Part shown: positions 53,017 through 62,976 of the stretch, piece after piece | Position numbering within the stretch: the first letter of the stretch is position 1 | Layout: every line of letters starts with the position of its first letter | Assembly (NCBI GenBank): GCA_017539385.1 | Contig: JAFYHC010000016.1 | Coordinates: 1,779 to 65,778 of the forward strand | Origin: Solobacterium sp. | Lineage (GTDB): Bacteria; Bacillota_I; Bacilli_A; Erysipelotrichales; Erysipelotrichaceae | DNA length: 64,000 bases | Direction of reading: 5' to 3' | The notes under the pieces: generated by a model | Database searches by the model: none | Seen by the model: only the letters and a program-made list of their open reading frames with translations | What the model was told of the DNA's origin: nothing | Translations under genes and position numbers: made by a program

Positions 53017-53457
53017 CTATTGCTGAAACCAGATCTGCAGATACAGATTCAGTGCACTCATCAGATGATTGATCAGAAACGGAAGAATGAGAATGCCGAT
53101 TGTTTTCACGAATGCAGGCAGATTCTTTTTGAAAGAATAGACAATAGCAATCAGGTCAAATACGATCCCAAACGGAGACAGCAGAATCGATACAAGCCAT
53201 AATACAGCAGTAATCAGATAGTCATTTGTGATTGGCTTGCTTTCATTGACTGTGGGTTCATCTATTCCTGCAAGTCTGCTGAGTGAAATGTTCAATTCAT
53301 CCGATATGCGGACAACATCAGAAAAAGCCGGTTCATTTGTGCCGTTTTCCCATTTGGAAAGTGTGGATTGAGATATATTCAGGCTTTTTGCAAAATCACT
53401 TTGGGAGATCGCAGCAGCCATGCGTTCTTCTCTGATTCTGGTACCGATCGTTGTCAT
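53017..53457 (-). CDS. XRE HTH regulator with C-terminal TM helices
   Basis: ISQSDFAKSLNISQSTLSKWENG; hydrophobic C-terminus. Confidence 0.85.
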   Translation of the reverse strand: MTTIGTRIREERMAAAISQSDFAKSLNISQSTLSKWENGTNEPAFSDVVRISDELNISLSRLAGIDEPTVNESKPITNDYLITAVLWLVSILLSPFGIVFDLIAIVYSFKKNLPAFVKTIGILILPFLINHLMSALNLYLQIWFQQ

Positions 53458-53535
53458 GAATGATACCTCCCCTTATAGATTCAGGATACTGCATCCGATA
53501 ATAAATGACAATTATCCCAGAATGATGAAAAACGT

Positions 53536-53829
53536 TTAGTCGGCAGACAGGATCTCTGCAATAGCTTTGCCGCAGAGGATGAAACAGATGCGTATCCTGG
53601 CAGTGGATTCGAAGTCCCTGTAGATATAACCGGCAGAGTGGGTGCCGCGGGCTACACTGTCTGTAGAATTTGCAACATAGCCATAGGTTGCACCGTTATC
53701 CGATACGACGCGGATCGCTTCATCATCGAAGCTGTTGCGCGGTTCTTTTTCAATGGTGAGGATCTGTCCGACATGGAAGGCTTCGATGCCCATGTAGTAG
53801 GAAGCACCGGCAATTGTGATGTAGTTCAT
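53536..53829 (-). CDS. Stand-alone HIRAN domain protein
   Basis: IAG..YY, KEPRNSFDDEAIRV, GYVANS; RBS AGGAGG. Confidence 0.9.
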   Translation of the reverse strand: MNYITIAGASYYMGIEAFHVGQILTIEKEPRNSFDDEAIRVVSDNGATYGYVANSTDSVARGTHSAGYIYRDFESTARIRICFILCGKAIAEILSAD

Positions 53830-53864
53830 AAGTCACCTCCTGACACCAGAAGAATAGAATTTCA

Positions 53865-53886
53865 GGTGTGCAAAAAAGCGCACACC
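53865..53886. promoter_or_regulatory. Inverted repeat, candidate WYL operator
   Basis: GGTGTGC-N8-GCACACC in the short divergent intergenic gap, adjacent to TATAAT. Confidence 0.6.
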
Positions 53887-53911
53887 GGTATAATGAAAGC
53901 AGGAGGTGCAT

Positions 53912-54880
53912 ATGGCAGAGAAGAAACACAGTGTATTGGCAGTATTGGAAATACTGGAGAATGAGTCTGATGAAGAGCATATCCTGACCTGTCCGCAGCT
54001 GCTGCAGAAAGTAGAAGAAAGAACCGGTATGCGGCTGGACCGCAGAACGCTGTATTCCAATATCCAGATGCTGGAAGAATTCGGCTACAGCATCTCCAAA
54101 TTCGAAGACAATAAGAAGGGGTATTACCTGACAGAGCGGAAGTTTGAGCGTTCTGAGATATTGCTGCTGTGCAATGCAGTGCATGCCTCGCATTTTATTC
54201 CGAATACCGCAAGCAGGGATCTGGTCGATAAGCTGCTGTCATTGCGGAGCAGGTATGAACAGCAGGAATTTGTACGGCAGGTGTATCTGCCCAATCATCA
54301 GAAGACAGAGAATCAGGAGCTGTTTCTGAATATAGAGATGATATCAACGGCAATAGCAAAGAACTGCATGATCTCGTTTACGTATCTGACGCATGATATG
54401 CAGAAGAATCTGGTGCCGAGACGGACGGAGCCGTATATTGTGGAACCGCGCTATATCGTATACGAAGAGGGACGTGGGTATATGATTGCGACCAGCCGCA
54501 ATCATCCGGGATTTATTCATTATCGTCTGGACCGGATGAAGGATGTACAGCATCTGGAAGAGAAGTGTGTCCGGCTGAGCAACGATCAGGACCCGTACGA
54601 ATATTCCAAGAATAAGCTGTTCATGTTCTCCGGGGATAATATGACCGCAAGACTGGTATGTGATGCATCGATCCTGAGTCATATGATCGATATCTTCGGG
54701 AAAGAGGTGCGTATTATACCGGCATCCGGGAATCGCTTTGAATTATGCATCTCAGCACCAAAGACGGGGATCCTGTGGCTGGCACAGGAGTATATGGATG
54801 CGATGGTCATCCAGGAACCGGAGAGCCTGCGGGAAGAGTTTAAAGAACATATGAAGCAGGTACTGAAACGGTACGAATGA
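53912..54880 (+). CDS. WYL-domain transcriptional regulator (wHTH-WYL-WCX)
   Basis: wHTH LDRRTLYSNIQML; VEPRYIV...GYMI; YRLDRM; EPESLREE. Confidence 0.9.
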   Translation: MAEKKHSVLAVLEILENESDEEHILTCPQLLQKVEERTGMRLDRRTLYSNIQMLEEFGYSISKFEDNKKGYYLTERKFERSEILLLCNAVHASHFIPNTASRDLVDKLLSLRSRYEQQEFVRQVYLPNHQKTENQELFLNIEMISTAIAKNCMISFTYLTHDMQKNLVPRRTEPYIVEPRYIVYEEGRGYMIATSRNHPGFIHYRLDRMKDVQHLEEKCVRLSNDQDPYEYSKNKLFMFSGDNMTARLVCDASILSHMIDIFGKEVRIIPASGNRFELCISAPKTGILWLAQEYMDAMVIQEPESLREEFKEHMKQVLKRYE

Positions 54881-54907
54881 AAAGGGAAGGCGTGTGCCTT
54901 CCCTTTA

Positions 54908-55810
54908 TCAGTCTTCCGGTTTTTCACCCATCCATTCCAGCTCGTACTCACCGGTACATTCGAGTACGCCGCCGGCTGACAGGTTGATATGTTCATTATT
55001 CTCGTAATAGTCTGTGACACGTCCCATGGCATCCCGGATATGCAGGCCGGCATCGTTGACTGCTTTGACGCGGTAGATGCCCGGACGCAGGCTCTTGGGG
55101 ATATCGTAGATACCAGGTGTGATCGTGATCTCGTTATCGTTGCGGATATAGATCAGGTGCTGCGTCTTGTTCTGCTTTGCGGCATTGCACTTCTGGAAGA
55201 AGCGCTCGCGCATGAAGAACAGATCGGCATGTTCGATCAGATAGGTATAGGTGTTGTTGGGCGTGACGATCATGACACGGTCTTCATCACCGGTATTGCG
55301 GCGTACGAAGCCGAGACGGTGGCAGTTGACAAAGTGATCACTCATGAAGTAGATCGCAGCTTCTGTTTCATACAGGGTGCCTCTGACTTTGACAGCACCG
55401 GAACGGGAGCTGGTGTCAGGGATGTTGTCAATGGTGCGCTTGCGTACATCGGCGATATGACGGGCCGGTTCCCGGTTGGGGAGACGGTCTTTCTGTACGG
55501 TGATGATGGCTTCTGCGGCGTTGATGCAGTGCTCGCCCTCATGCAGGCGGATATCCGGAGCCGGATAGAATTTGTCGATCGTTTCTTCCGGGTTATGGTT
55601 TTCCAGATAGCTGAACATGATCATGTCTTTCATGCTTGGCTGAGCAGTAACGAGAAGCTGGAACAGATCGTGTTTTACCGGAAGTCCGTAGGACCGGATG
55701 ATATTCTTGCATTCCCTGCAGATCCGATGCCCATCCGAAAGTTTTTCCGGCTTATTGAATACACCTTTAAATTCCGCAAGGCAGAAATCACATACATTGT
55801 TGTTTGCCAT
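54908..55810 (-). CDS. Hypothetical protein with N-terminal Zn-ribbon (DUF4428-like)
   Basis: CDFC...KLSDGHRICREC. Confidence 0.7.
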   Translation of the reverse strand: MANNNVCDFCLAEFKGVFNKPEKLSDGHRICRECKNIIRSYGLPVKHDLFQLLVTAQPSMKDMIMFSYLENHNPEETIDKFYPAPDIRLHEGEHCINAAEAIITVQKDRLPNREPARHIADVRKRTIDNIPDTSSRSGAVKVRGTLYETEAAIYFMSDHFVNCHRLGFVRRNTGDEDRVMIVTPNNTYTYLIEHADLFFMRERFFQKCNAAKQNKTQHLIYIRNDNEITITPGIYDIPKSLRPGIYRVKAVNDAGLHIRDAMGRVTDYYENNEHINLSAGGVLECTGEYELEWMGEKPED

Positions 55811-56019
55811 ACGTACCTCCTTTTTACTGTGACAGAGTTATCTGTCCGGAAACTGATTATATCATATCGCATATGTGTCGGAAAACGATAACCGGACATT
55901 GCTTTTTTCACATCTATTTCAGACAATGGGAGAAATGTGGGAAAGATCAGGTTTGTTTTCTGGTCCTGTGAGTAAAATGTTAGTACAATGAATAAGGCAT
56001 TGGAACAGGGGGATAGACC

Positions 56020-57639
56020 ATGAAACAGTACAGATGGATGAAAGGAACACTGGCAGCGCTTCTGGCACTTGGAATGATCGGTGTGCAGCCGCTTTCTGCA
56101 GAAGAAGAAAGCACGGAAGAGGCAGAGATCCTTTCTGAAGAGAATACAGAGGATGCATATAATAAGGAACAGGAGGAGATCCTGACGGAAGAGGAAGCTC
56201 CTGCAGAGGAAGAAACACCTGCTGTGGAAGAAGAGCCTGCGGAGGAGGAAACACCGGAAGAAGAACCGGAAGAACCGTTTGATCCTTCGACGATATCCAG
56301 TGATGAAGCAAGCATCCGCGGCTTCGTCGTGCGTCTGTATCGGATCGCACTGGGAAGAGAAGCGGAATTATCCGGATATACCTACTGGACGGAGAGAATC
56401 ACCGATGGTACGGTGACCGGCTGTAAGGCAGTGCGGGGATTCTTCCTGAGTGCAGAATTCTTAAAGAAAGGTCTTGGCGATGACGAATATGTGCGCACAT
56501 TGTATCGTACGATCCTGAACCGTGAAGCGGATGAACCGGGACTGGAATACTGGAAAGAGCGCCTGAGTGTGCATATGACACGGGAATGGGTCATGAACGG
56601 ATTCCTGAATTCCCAGGAGTTTACGAATTTATGTGCAGCATATGGCGTTACGAAGGGAACAGCCGGCAGCACTGGCAAATACCGGGATAAGAATTACAAC
56701 ATTACGGCATTTGTAAACCGTATGTATACGACGGTACTGAACAGAAGTGCGGATGTGTCCGGACTTGAGAACTGGTGCAAGAAGATACACAGTGCAAATG
56801 CGACCGGTGCAGATCTGGTGCTGGGATTCTTCATGAGTCCGGAATTTATCAAGAAGGGTCTCAGCAATACCGACTTTGTCAAGACGTGCTATAGAGCGAT
56901 CCTGGACCGGGAAGGCAGTGCGAAGGAGATCAGCAGCTGGGCAGCAACACTCAGTACAAAGAGCCGCAAGGAAGTACTGGCAGGATTTGCCAATTCAGCA
57001 GAATTCAACAATCTGTGCAATAAATACGGCATGAAGCGCGGAACGATCGTGCTGAACGGATGGAGAAAGGAAAACGGCAAAGACGTTTACTATAAGTCCA
57101 ATGGCCAGAAAGCGACGATGGAAGTGCTGACGATCGGCGGAAAGGAATATGGATTCAACGCAGACGGTGTATGGATTGGAAATAAGACATCTGCGTATCT
57201 GACGGTATATAAGAAAGCAATTGCACAGGTGAAAGCGACTGTGTCGTCTTCCATGAGCAAAGCACAGAAGCTGCGTGCATGCTTCGATGTATTCAAGACA
57301 TTCCGGGAGAAGAACCCATGGATCCCGCATGACAGAAGCGAGGGATGGGAACTGCGTTATGGAAACAACTGCTTCGATACCAAGTCCGGCAACTGCATGA
57401 GCTATGGTGTGGCATTTGCGTTCATGGCAAAGGTGCTTGGCTATGAGGAAGTGTATTGCTGCAACAGCGGCGGACATGGATGGGCAGAAGTCGGCGGTCT
57501 GGTGTATGATCCGGAATGGACACTGCACAGAGAAGGCAACTTCTTCGGACGTCCGCTGGGAACAGGATCCGGAAATGATCCGGACTACAAGAATGCGATC
57601 CAGCGCTATTCCGGTGCGCCGGGATACGTCAAGCTGTAA
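56020..57639 (+). CDS. Secreted protein: acidic linker, 4x DUF4214-like repeats, cell-wall-binding repeat, transglutaminase-like domain
   Basis: Repeats (F/Y)V..(L/M/C)Y...L.R......W...F..S.EF; triad GNC...GHGW...YDP. Confidence 0.8.
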   Translation: MKQYRWMKGTLAALLALGMIGVQPLSAEEESTEEAEILSEENTEDAYNKEQEEILTEEEAPAEEETPAVEEEPAEEETPEEEPEEPFDPSTISSDEASIRGFVVRLYRIALGREAELSGYTYWTERITDGTVTGCKAVRGFFLSAEFLKKGLGDDEYVRTLYRTILNREADEPGLEYWKERLSVHMTREWVMNGFLNSQEFTNLCAAYGVTKGTAGSTGKYRDKNYNITAFVNRMYTTVLNRSADVSGLENWCKKIHSANATGADLVLGFFMSPEFIKKGLSNTDFVKTCYRAILDREGSAKEISSWAATLSTKSRKEVLAGFANSAEFNNLCNKYGMKRGTIVLNGWRKENGKDVYYKSNGQKATMEVLTIGGKEYGFNADGVWIGNKTSAYLTVYKKAIAQVKATVSSSMSKAQKLRACFDVFKTFREKNPWIPHDRSEGWELRYGNNCFDTKSGNCMSYGVAFAFMAKVLGYEEVYCCNSGGHGWAEVGGLVYDPEWTLHREGNFFGRPLGTGSGNDPDYKNAIQRYSGAPGYVKL

Positions 57640-57661
57640 TAAGCAGGATATAGGCATATAA

Positions 57662-57696
57662 GAAAAGGATCTGACAATGTGCGTCAGATCCTTTTC
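57662..57696. terminator. Bidirectional terminator
   Basis: GAAAAGGATCTGAC/GTCAGATCCTTTTC. Confidence 0.75.
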
Positions 57697-57709
57697 GGTA
57701 TAAGCACAA

Positions 57710-58507
57710 TTATTTGTCCGTGACGATGCGTGCAGCAGGTGCCTTGAAGCCTGCTTTGCCGAATGCACGTGTTACGCCTTCGGTGATCGCTGCAGATGTC
57801 GGTGCATAGTTTTCCGGTTTTACCCAGCATCTTGCCAGCAGATTCAATGCTTCGTTCGTTCCGCCGGCGACTGCTCCGGTAACACCTTCTTCCACCAGGA
57901 CATTCGGTGTTTCCTTTAATACATTCCGGATGATCTCTTCGGCCTGATCAATATCTGTATCTTTGGCAACGGAGAAGACAACGTCGATGCGGCGTTTGCC
58001 CTGGGCGGAGAAGTTGGTGACATTGGCACCCATCAGGGAACCGTTCGGAATGGTGATCGTTGTGCCGTCCGGTGTTCTGAGTTTCGTATAGAACATGGAG
58101 ATCTCATGTACAACGCCATCTGCTCCGGCTGCGTTGATGATATCGCCGACCGAGAACGGACGGAAGATCATTAACATGATGCCGCCGGCAAGATTTCCAA
58201 GTGCACCCTGCAGAGCCATGCCAACAGCGACGCCGCATGTTGCCAGGACCGTAACAATGCTTGCCATCGGGACGCCGAGGATGCCGATGATCGATACGAT
58301 CAGCACGGTGTAGAGTACACCGCGTATGATCGAGAGAATGAACTTGCGGACCGTCTCATCCATGGCAGAGAGAACCTTTGCCCGGGAGAGAACTTTGAGC
58401 AGCTTTGATACGACTGCCTTTCCGATCAGCCATACCAGAAGAGCGAGGATGAGTTTGGACCCGGCTTCGGTGCAGAGTTCCACAGCTTTCTTTGTGAATT
58501 CTTCCAT
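57710..58507 (-). CDS. mscS: Small-conductance mechanosensitive channel
   Basis: GMALQGALGNLAGG, RPFSVGD.I, T.DG..ITIPN, NFS. Confidence 0.9.
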   Translation of the reverse strand: MEEFTKKAVELCTEAGSKLILALLVWLIGKAVVSKLLKVLSRAKVLSAMDETVRKFILSIIRGVLYTVLIVSIIGILGVPMASIVTVLATCGVAVGMALQGALGNLAGGIMLMIFRPFSVGDIINAAGADGVVHEISMFYTKLRTPDGTTITIPNGSLMGANVTNFSAQGKRRIDVVFSVAKDTDIDQAEEIIRNVLKETPNVLVEEGVTGAVAGGTNEALNLLARCWVKPENYAPTSAAITEGVTRAFGKAGFKAPAARIVTDK

Positions 58508-58652
58508 TATCTAAAGAACCTCCTTTGTTTTATTGTACACTCTCAGAAATGCATTCGCTGACGGTTTTTCTTTTCTTTCTGCAGTATTGCGTTGTGAAAT
58601 GAGAGAAAACCAAAGTACAATAGCAATAGTTATTTTTACGGGGGAAAGCTAT

Positions 58653-60140
58653 ATGAAGCATCATTGGCTGAAAGCATGCATGGCGATGGCCATTGCATTG
58701 ACAACAATACATTCCATACCGCTGCAGGCAGAAGAGAGTGAAGAGGCTTCTATCGAAGAGATCACGGAAGAAGCAGAAACACTGGATGTGGATCCGAAGG
58801 ACATTCCCAGCAATGAAGCGAGCATTGAGGGCTTTGTGGTGCGTCTGTACCGGATCGCACTGGGAAGAGAAGCGGATAACCATGGATTTGCCTATTGGAC
58901 AAATGGCATCAAAGACGGCAGTGTGAGCGGATGCACGGCAGTGCGGGGATTCTTCCTGAGTGAGGAATTTACAAAGAAGGGATTGTCGGATACGGCATTC
59001 CTGGAAACACTGTATAAGACGGTATTGAACCGGACCGCGGACAGTGCGGGACTGGCGTACTGGAAAGAGCGTCTGGCAGTGCATATGAGCCGTACATGGG
59101 TGATGAACGGATTCCTGAATTCGCAGGAGTTTACCAATCTATGTGCCGCATATGGCGTCACAAGAGGCAATGCCCCGGGTACGAACAATTACCGGGATAG
59201 AAACTACAGCGTGACAGCATTTGTCAGCCGTATGTATACGAAGGTATTGGGAAGAAATGCGGAAGTAAGCGGCGTAGAAAGCTGGTGTACGCGGATCCTG
59301 CGGGATGGCAGCACCGGTGCAGACCTGGCAGTAGGCTTCTTCATGAGTCCGGAATTCGTATTGAAGAATGTAAGCAATACAGAGTATGTCAAGACATGTT
59401 ACAGAGCAATCCTGGACCGGGAAGGCAGTGCTTCGGAGGTCAGCAGCTGGACATCGGCATTAGCCACAAAGAGCCGCAAAGAAGTACTGGCGGGATTTGT
59501 GAATTCTGCCGAATTCAACAACCTGTGCAACCGCTATGGAATCAACCGGGGAACGCTGGTATTAGAAGGCTGGAAGAATGTCGGCGGGAAATACTACTAT
59601 TACAAGGCTGATGGCTCCATGGCAAAAAAGGAAGTACTGACGATCAAGGGCGTACAGTATGGATTCAATGCGAAGGGCGTATGGATCGGTGATAAGAACA
59701 GCAGCTATCTCAGTGCATATGGAAAAGCAATCACACTAGTCAATTCCATCACCAGTGATGCAATGAGTGATGAGCAGAAGCTGCGTACATGCTTTGATGT
59801 ATTCCGGGGATTCAATGAACGGAATCCATGGATCCCGCACTATATGGGAGAAGGATGGGTAGAAAAGTATGCCAATCACTGCTTCGATACCAGAAGCGGC
59901 AACTGCATCAGCTATGCGGCATGCTTCGGACTCATGGCACAGGTGATCGGCTATGAAGAGATCTACTGCATCAATAACGGACATGGCTGGGTGGAAATGA
60001 ACAGCCTGGTCTATGATCCGGAATGGCAGCTGCATCATTCGGGCAATTACTATGCACGGCCATTGACACAGCAGGGGGACCAGAATTACCAGGGAGCGAT
60101 CGACCGCACCCGTCCTTCCACGAACTATGTAAGACTCTGA
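58653..60140 (+). CDS. Paralogous DUF4214-transglutaminase-like secreted protein
   Basis: Same architecture as 56020..57639 with long near-identical stretches; GNC..GHGW..YDP. Confidence 0.8.
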   Translation: MKHHWLKACMAMAIALTTIHSIPLQAEESEEASIEEITEEAETLDVDPKDIPSNEASIEGFVVRLYRIALGREADNHGFAYWTNGIKDGSVSGCTAVRGFFLSEEFTKKGLSDTAFLETLYKTVLNRTADSAGLAYWKERLAVHMSRTWVMNGFLNSQEFTNLCAAYGVTRGNAPGTNNYRDRNYSVTAFVSRMYTKVLGRNAEVSGVESWCTRILRDGSTGADLAVGFFMSPEFVLKNVSNTEYVKTCYRAILDREGSASEVSSWTSALATKSRKEVLAGFVNSAEFNNLCNRYGINRGTLVLEGWKNVGGKYYYYKADGSMAKKEVLTIKGVQYGFNAKGVWIGDKNSSYLSAYGKAITLVNSITSDAMSDEQKLRTCFDVFRGFNERNPWIPHYMGEGWVEKYANHCFDTRSGNCISYAACFGLMAQVIGYEEIYCINNGHGWVEMNSLVYDPEWQLHHSGNYYARPLTQQGDQNYQGAIDRTRPSTNYVRL

Positions 60141-60153
60141 GACAGGAGGACCT

Positions 60154-61566
60154 ATGACATTCAGTTCACTTGTATTTATATGTATATTCCTTCCGGTGGT
60201 GTATGTGCTGCATACGGTGATTCCATCGCTGCAGGTGAAAAACGGACTACTGATCGCAGCCAGTCTGCTGTTCTATGCCTTTGGAGAACCGGTGTATGTA
60301 CTGCTCATGATTGCCAGTGCAGTGATGAATTACCTCTTTGCGCTGGCGATGGGCAAGAAGCGCATAAAGCTGTTTCTGATCCTTGCGGTCGTATGCAATA
60401 TCGGAATTCTGTTTGTATTTAAATATACCGGTTTCTTTGTACAGAGCATCAATACGCTGCTGCATATGAACATACCGGTGCCGCAGATCACACTGCCCAT
60501 CGGCATATCGTTCTTTACATTCCAGGCACTGTCATATGTGATCGATGTATACCGGGGACAGACGGATGTACAGAAGAATTTCTTCAAAGTACTGCTGTAT
60601 ATCTCCTTCTTCCCTCAATTGATCGCCGGACCGATCGTCAAATACAAAGATATTGAAAATGAGATCAATCACCGCACAGTGACAACGGATGAAACAGCAG
60701 CGGGACTGCGAAGATTCATTGTGGGTCTTGGCAAGAAAGTATTGATTGCCAATGCCATGGCAGTCACTGCCGATGCGGTATTTAATGCCGGAGCAGCCAA
60801 TGTCAATATTCTTGGCGCATGGCTTGGTGCAATTGCCTATACCATGCAGATCTATTTCGACTTCAGCGGCTACAGTGACATGGCCATTGGCATGGGACGG
60901 ATGTTCGGGTTCCACTTCAAGGAGAATTTCAACTTCCCGTACGCATCCGCATCTATTAAGGAGTTCTGGAGACGGTGGCATATATCGCTGTCATCCTGGT
61001 TCAAGGACTATGTGTATATACCGCTGGGCGGAAACCGGAAAGGGGAATTCCGCACCGGCATGAATAAACTGGCTGTCTTCTTCTTATGCGGCTTATGGCA
61101 TGGGGCGAACTGGACGTTTGTGGTCTGGGGTCTGTTCCATGGTGCATTCAGCTTCCTGGAAGAAGCGGTGTCGTCGCTTCGGAAGATGCCGAAGTGGCTG
61201 GGACATCTGTATACGATGCTTGTCGTATGCATTGGCTTTGTGATCTTCCGTGCGGATACCATCGGCGAAGCACTGGGCATGATCGGAAAGATGTTTGCCG
61301 GATGGGATCTTTCCGCTGCACCGGTGAGCTTTGCCCTGCAGCAGTGCACGCCATATTTCCTGTGCATGCTTGTGATGGCGGTCGTGCTTTGTGCGCCGGC
61401 GGAAAAAGCCGTCAAGCGCGCACGCATCGGGGCAGAGGCAGAAGGCAGCAGAAAAGAAACAATGGTGCAGATGGCTCTCTATGCGGCTTCGTTCGTCGTT
61501 CTTGCCTGGTGCATCATCCGTCTGTCCGGCGGATCGTATAATCCGTTTATCTATTTCCGGTTCTAA
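60154..61566 (+). CDS. MBOAT O-acyltransferase (AlgI/PatA/DltB-like)
   Basis: LPIGISFFTFQ, FFPQLIAGPI, DFSGYSD, ENF..PY, FWRRWHISL, GLWHG; C-terminal FIYFRF. Confidence 0.95.
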   Translation: MTFSSLVFICIFLPVVYVLHTVIPSLQVKNGLLIAASLLFYAFGEPVYVLLMIASAVMNYLFALAMGKKRIKLFLILAVVCNIGILFVFKYTGFFVQSINTLLHMNIPVPQITLPIGISFFTFQALSYVIDVYRGQTDVQKNFFKVLLYISFFPQLIAGPIVKYKDIENEINHRTVTTDETAAGLRRFIVGLGKKVLIANAMAVTADAVFNAGAANVNILGAWLGAIAYTMQIYFDFSGYSDMAIGMGRMFGFHFKENFNFPYASASIKEFWRRWHISLSSWFKDYVYIPLGGNRKGEFRTGMNKLAVFFLCGLWHGANWTFVVWGLFHGAFSFLEEAVSSLRKMPKWLGHLYTMLVVCIGFVIFRADTIGEALGMIGKMFAGWDLSAAPVSFALQQCTPYFLCMLVMAVVLCAPAEKAVKRARIGAEAEGSRKETMVQMALYAASFVVLAWCIIRLSGGSYNPFIYFRF

Positions 61567-61578
61567 GGGGGCGTACGT

Positions 61579-62976
61579 ATGAAAAAGTTCAAAATCCTGT
61601 ATATCGGAGCGTGCATGCTTCTGTGTGCGGTGCCTTTTGCGGCAATGAGCGTACATCCTACGACCGCAACGACCGAGAACCGCAGACTGAGTGAATTCCC
61701 GTCATTCACAAAGAAAGAGGGCGGACTGAATCTGAATTTCTTCTCCCAGTTTGAAAAATACTTCGGGGAACACTTTGCCTTCCGCAATGAACTGGTCGCC
61801 GCAGACGGCATGATCCAGGGAAAGCTGTTCGGCGTTTCTTCGGTGAAGAATGTCATCCATGGCAGTGACGGCTGGCTGTATTACACATCCACTCTGCCGG
61901 ATTATCTGGGAGAGAATGCCATGAGCGAGCGGGAGCTTGCGGCACTGCGGCATAATCTGTCACTGGTGAATGACTGGCTGAAAGAGAGAAATACGGCATT
62001 TGTATTCACTGTGCCTGCCAATAAGAACACGCTGTATGGCAGTCATATGCCGTATTATGCAGCGAAGAAAGTCAGTGAGGATCATACTCTGTATCATATC
62101 GGACAGATATGTGCACAAGCCGGCATCACCTATGCCGACCTGTATGAAGCATTCCATGCACAGACGGAAGTATTGTATCTGAAGCGGGATTCCCACTGGA
62201 ATAACAAGGGGGCAGTGCTTGCCTGCGATACCATACTGGATGCGGCGGGACATGCGCATGAGTCCTTCGCTCATGCTCCGGCAGTCCGAAAGAAGGAAGA
62301 AGACGGGGATCTGAACCGGATGGTCTATTCCTACTATGGGGAAAAAGAAGTCAATTACTATTACGATATTCCCCAGCGCTATACCTATGTAACAGATACT
62401 GCCAGCGTGGAAGACGGCTGGATCGAGACGGCATGCGAAGGACAAAGCGGATCATTGTTAATGTTCCGGGATTCCTTCGGCAATACGCTTCTGCCGCTTG
62501 TGGCGGATTCCTTCGGCCATGCATGGTTTACGAAAGAGTCTCCGTACCGTCTGGAAAAGACGGTTACCGAACAGATGCCGTCCCTTGTCATCTTTGAGAA
62601 GGTCGAGCGCAATCTGCGCGACTTCATCACTGCTCCGCCGATCCTGTCTGCCCCGCAGTTTCAGGAAAACATTCCGGTGGAAGAGGGCACGCCGGATTCA
62701 TCCGCTTCCGTGAAGATCGAAGAAAATATGTTTGATCCGAACTTCTGGCAGCTGAGCGGCACAATTGATCCAAAACGGGTGCAGACAGATACAGAGATCG
62801 TGATCGCAATTGACGGAATGTACTATAAAACCTATGATATTGGCAGTAATGGCTTTATGGCATATCTGCGTAAAGATCAGTATCCGGACAGTGCCATGTC
62901 CTGGGAAATACTGCTGAAAGAGAATGGTGTGCTGAAACGGATCGCACGCTGTGATGATGGAGGAATGCAACAATGA
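61579..62976 (+). CDS. AlgJ/AlgX/PatB-like (DHHW) extracellular O-acyltransferase
   Basis: ENR.L..FP, G.DGWL, DSHWN, RDSFG. Confidence 0.85.
   Translation: MKKFKILYIGACMLLCAVPFAAMSVHPTTATTENRRLSEFPSFTKKEGGLNLNFFSQFEKYFGEHFAFRNELVAADGMIQGKLFGVSSVKNVIHGSDGWLYYTSTLPDYLGENAMSERELAALRHNLSLVNDWLKERNTAFVFTVPANKNTLYGSHMPYYAAKKVSEDHTLYHIGQICAQAGITYADLYEAFHAQTEVLYLKRDSHWNNKGAVLACDTILDAAGHAHESFAHAPAVRKKEEDGDLNRMVYSYYGEKEVNYYYDIPQRYTYVTDTASVEDGWIETACEGQSGSLLMFRDSFGNTLLPLVADSFGHAWFTKESPYRLEKTVTEQMPSLVIFEKVERNLRDFITAPPILSAPQFQENIPVEEGTPDSSASVKIEENMFDPNFWQLSGTIDPKRVQTDTEIVIAIDGMYYKTYDIGSNGFMAYLRKDQYPDSAMSWEILLKENGVLKRIARCDDGGMQQ

Noticed and set aside
56095-56280. GAA-rich repeats as a CRISPR array or tandem repeat element
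   Set aside because: They encode a Glu/Pro/Ala linker; no repeat-spacer periodicity and no cas genes
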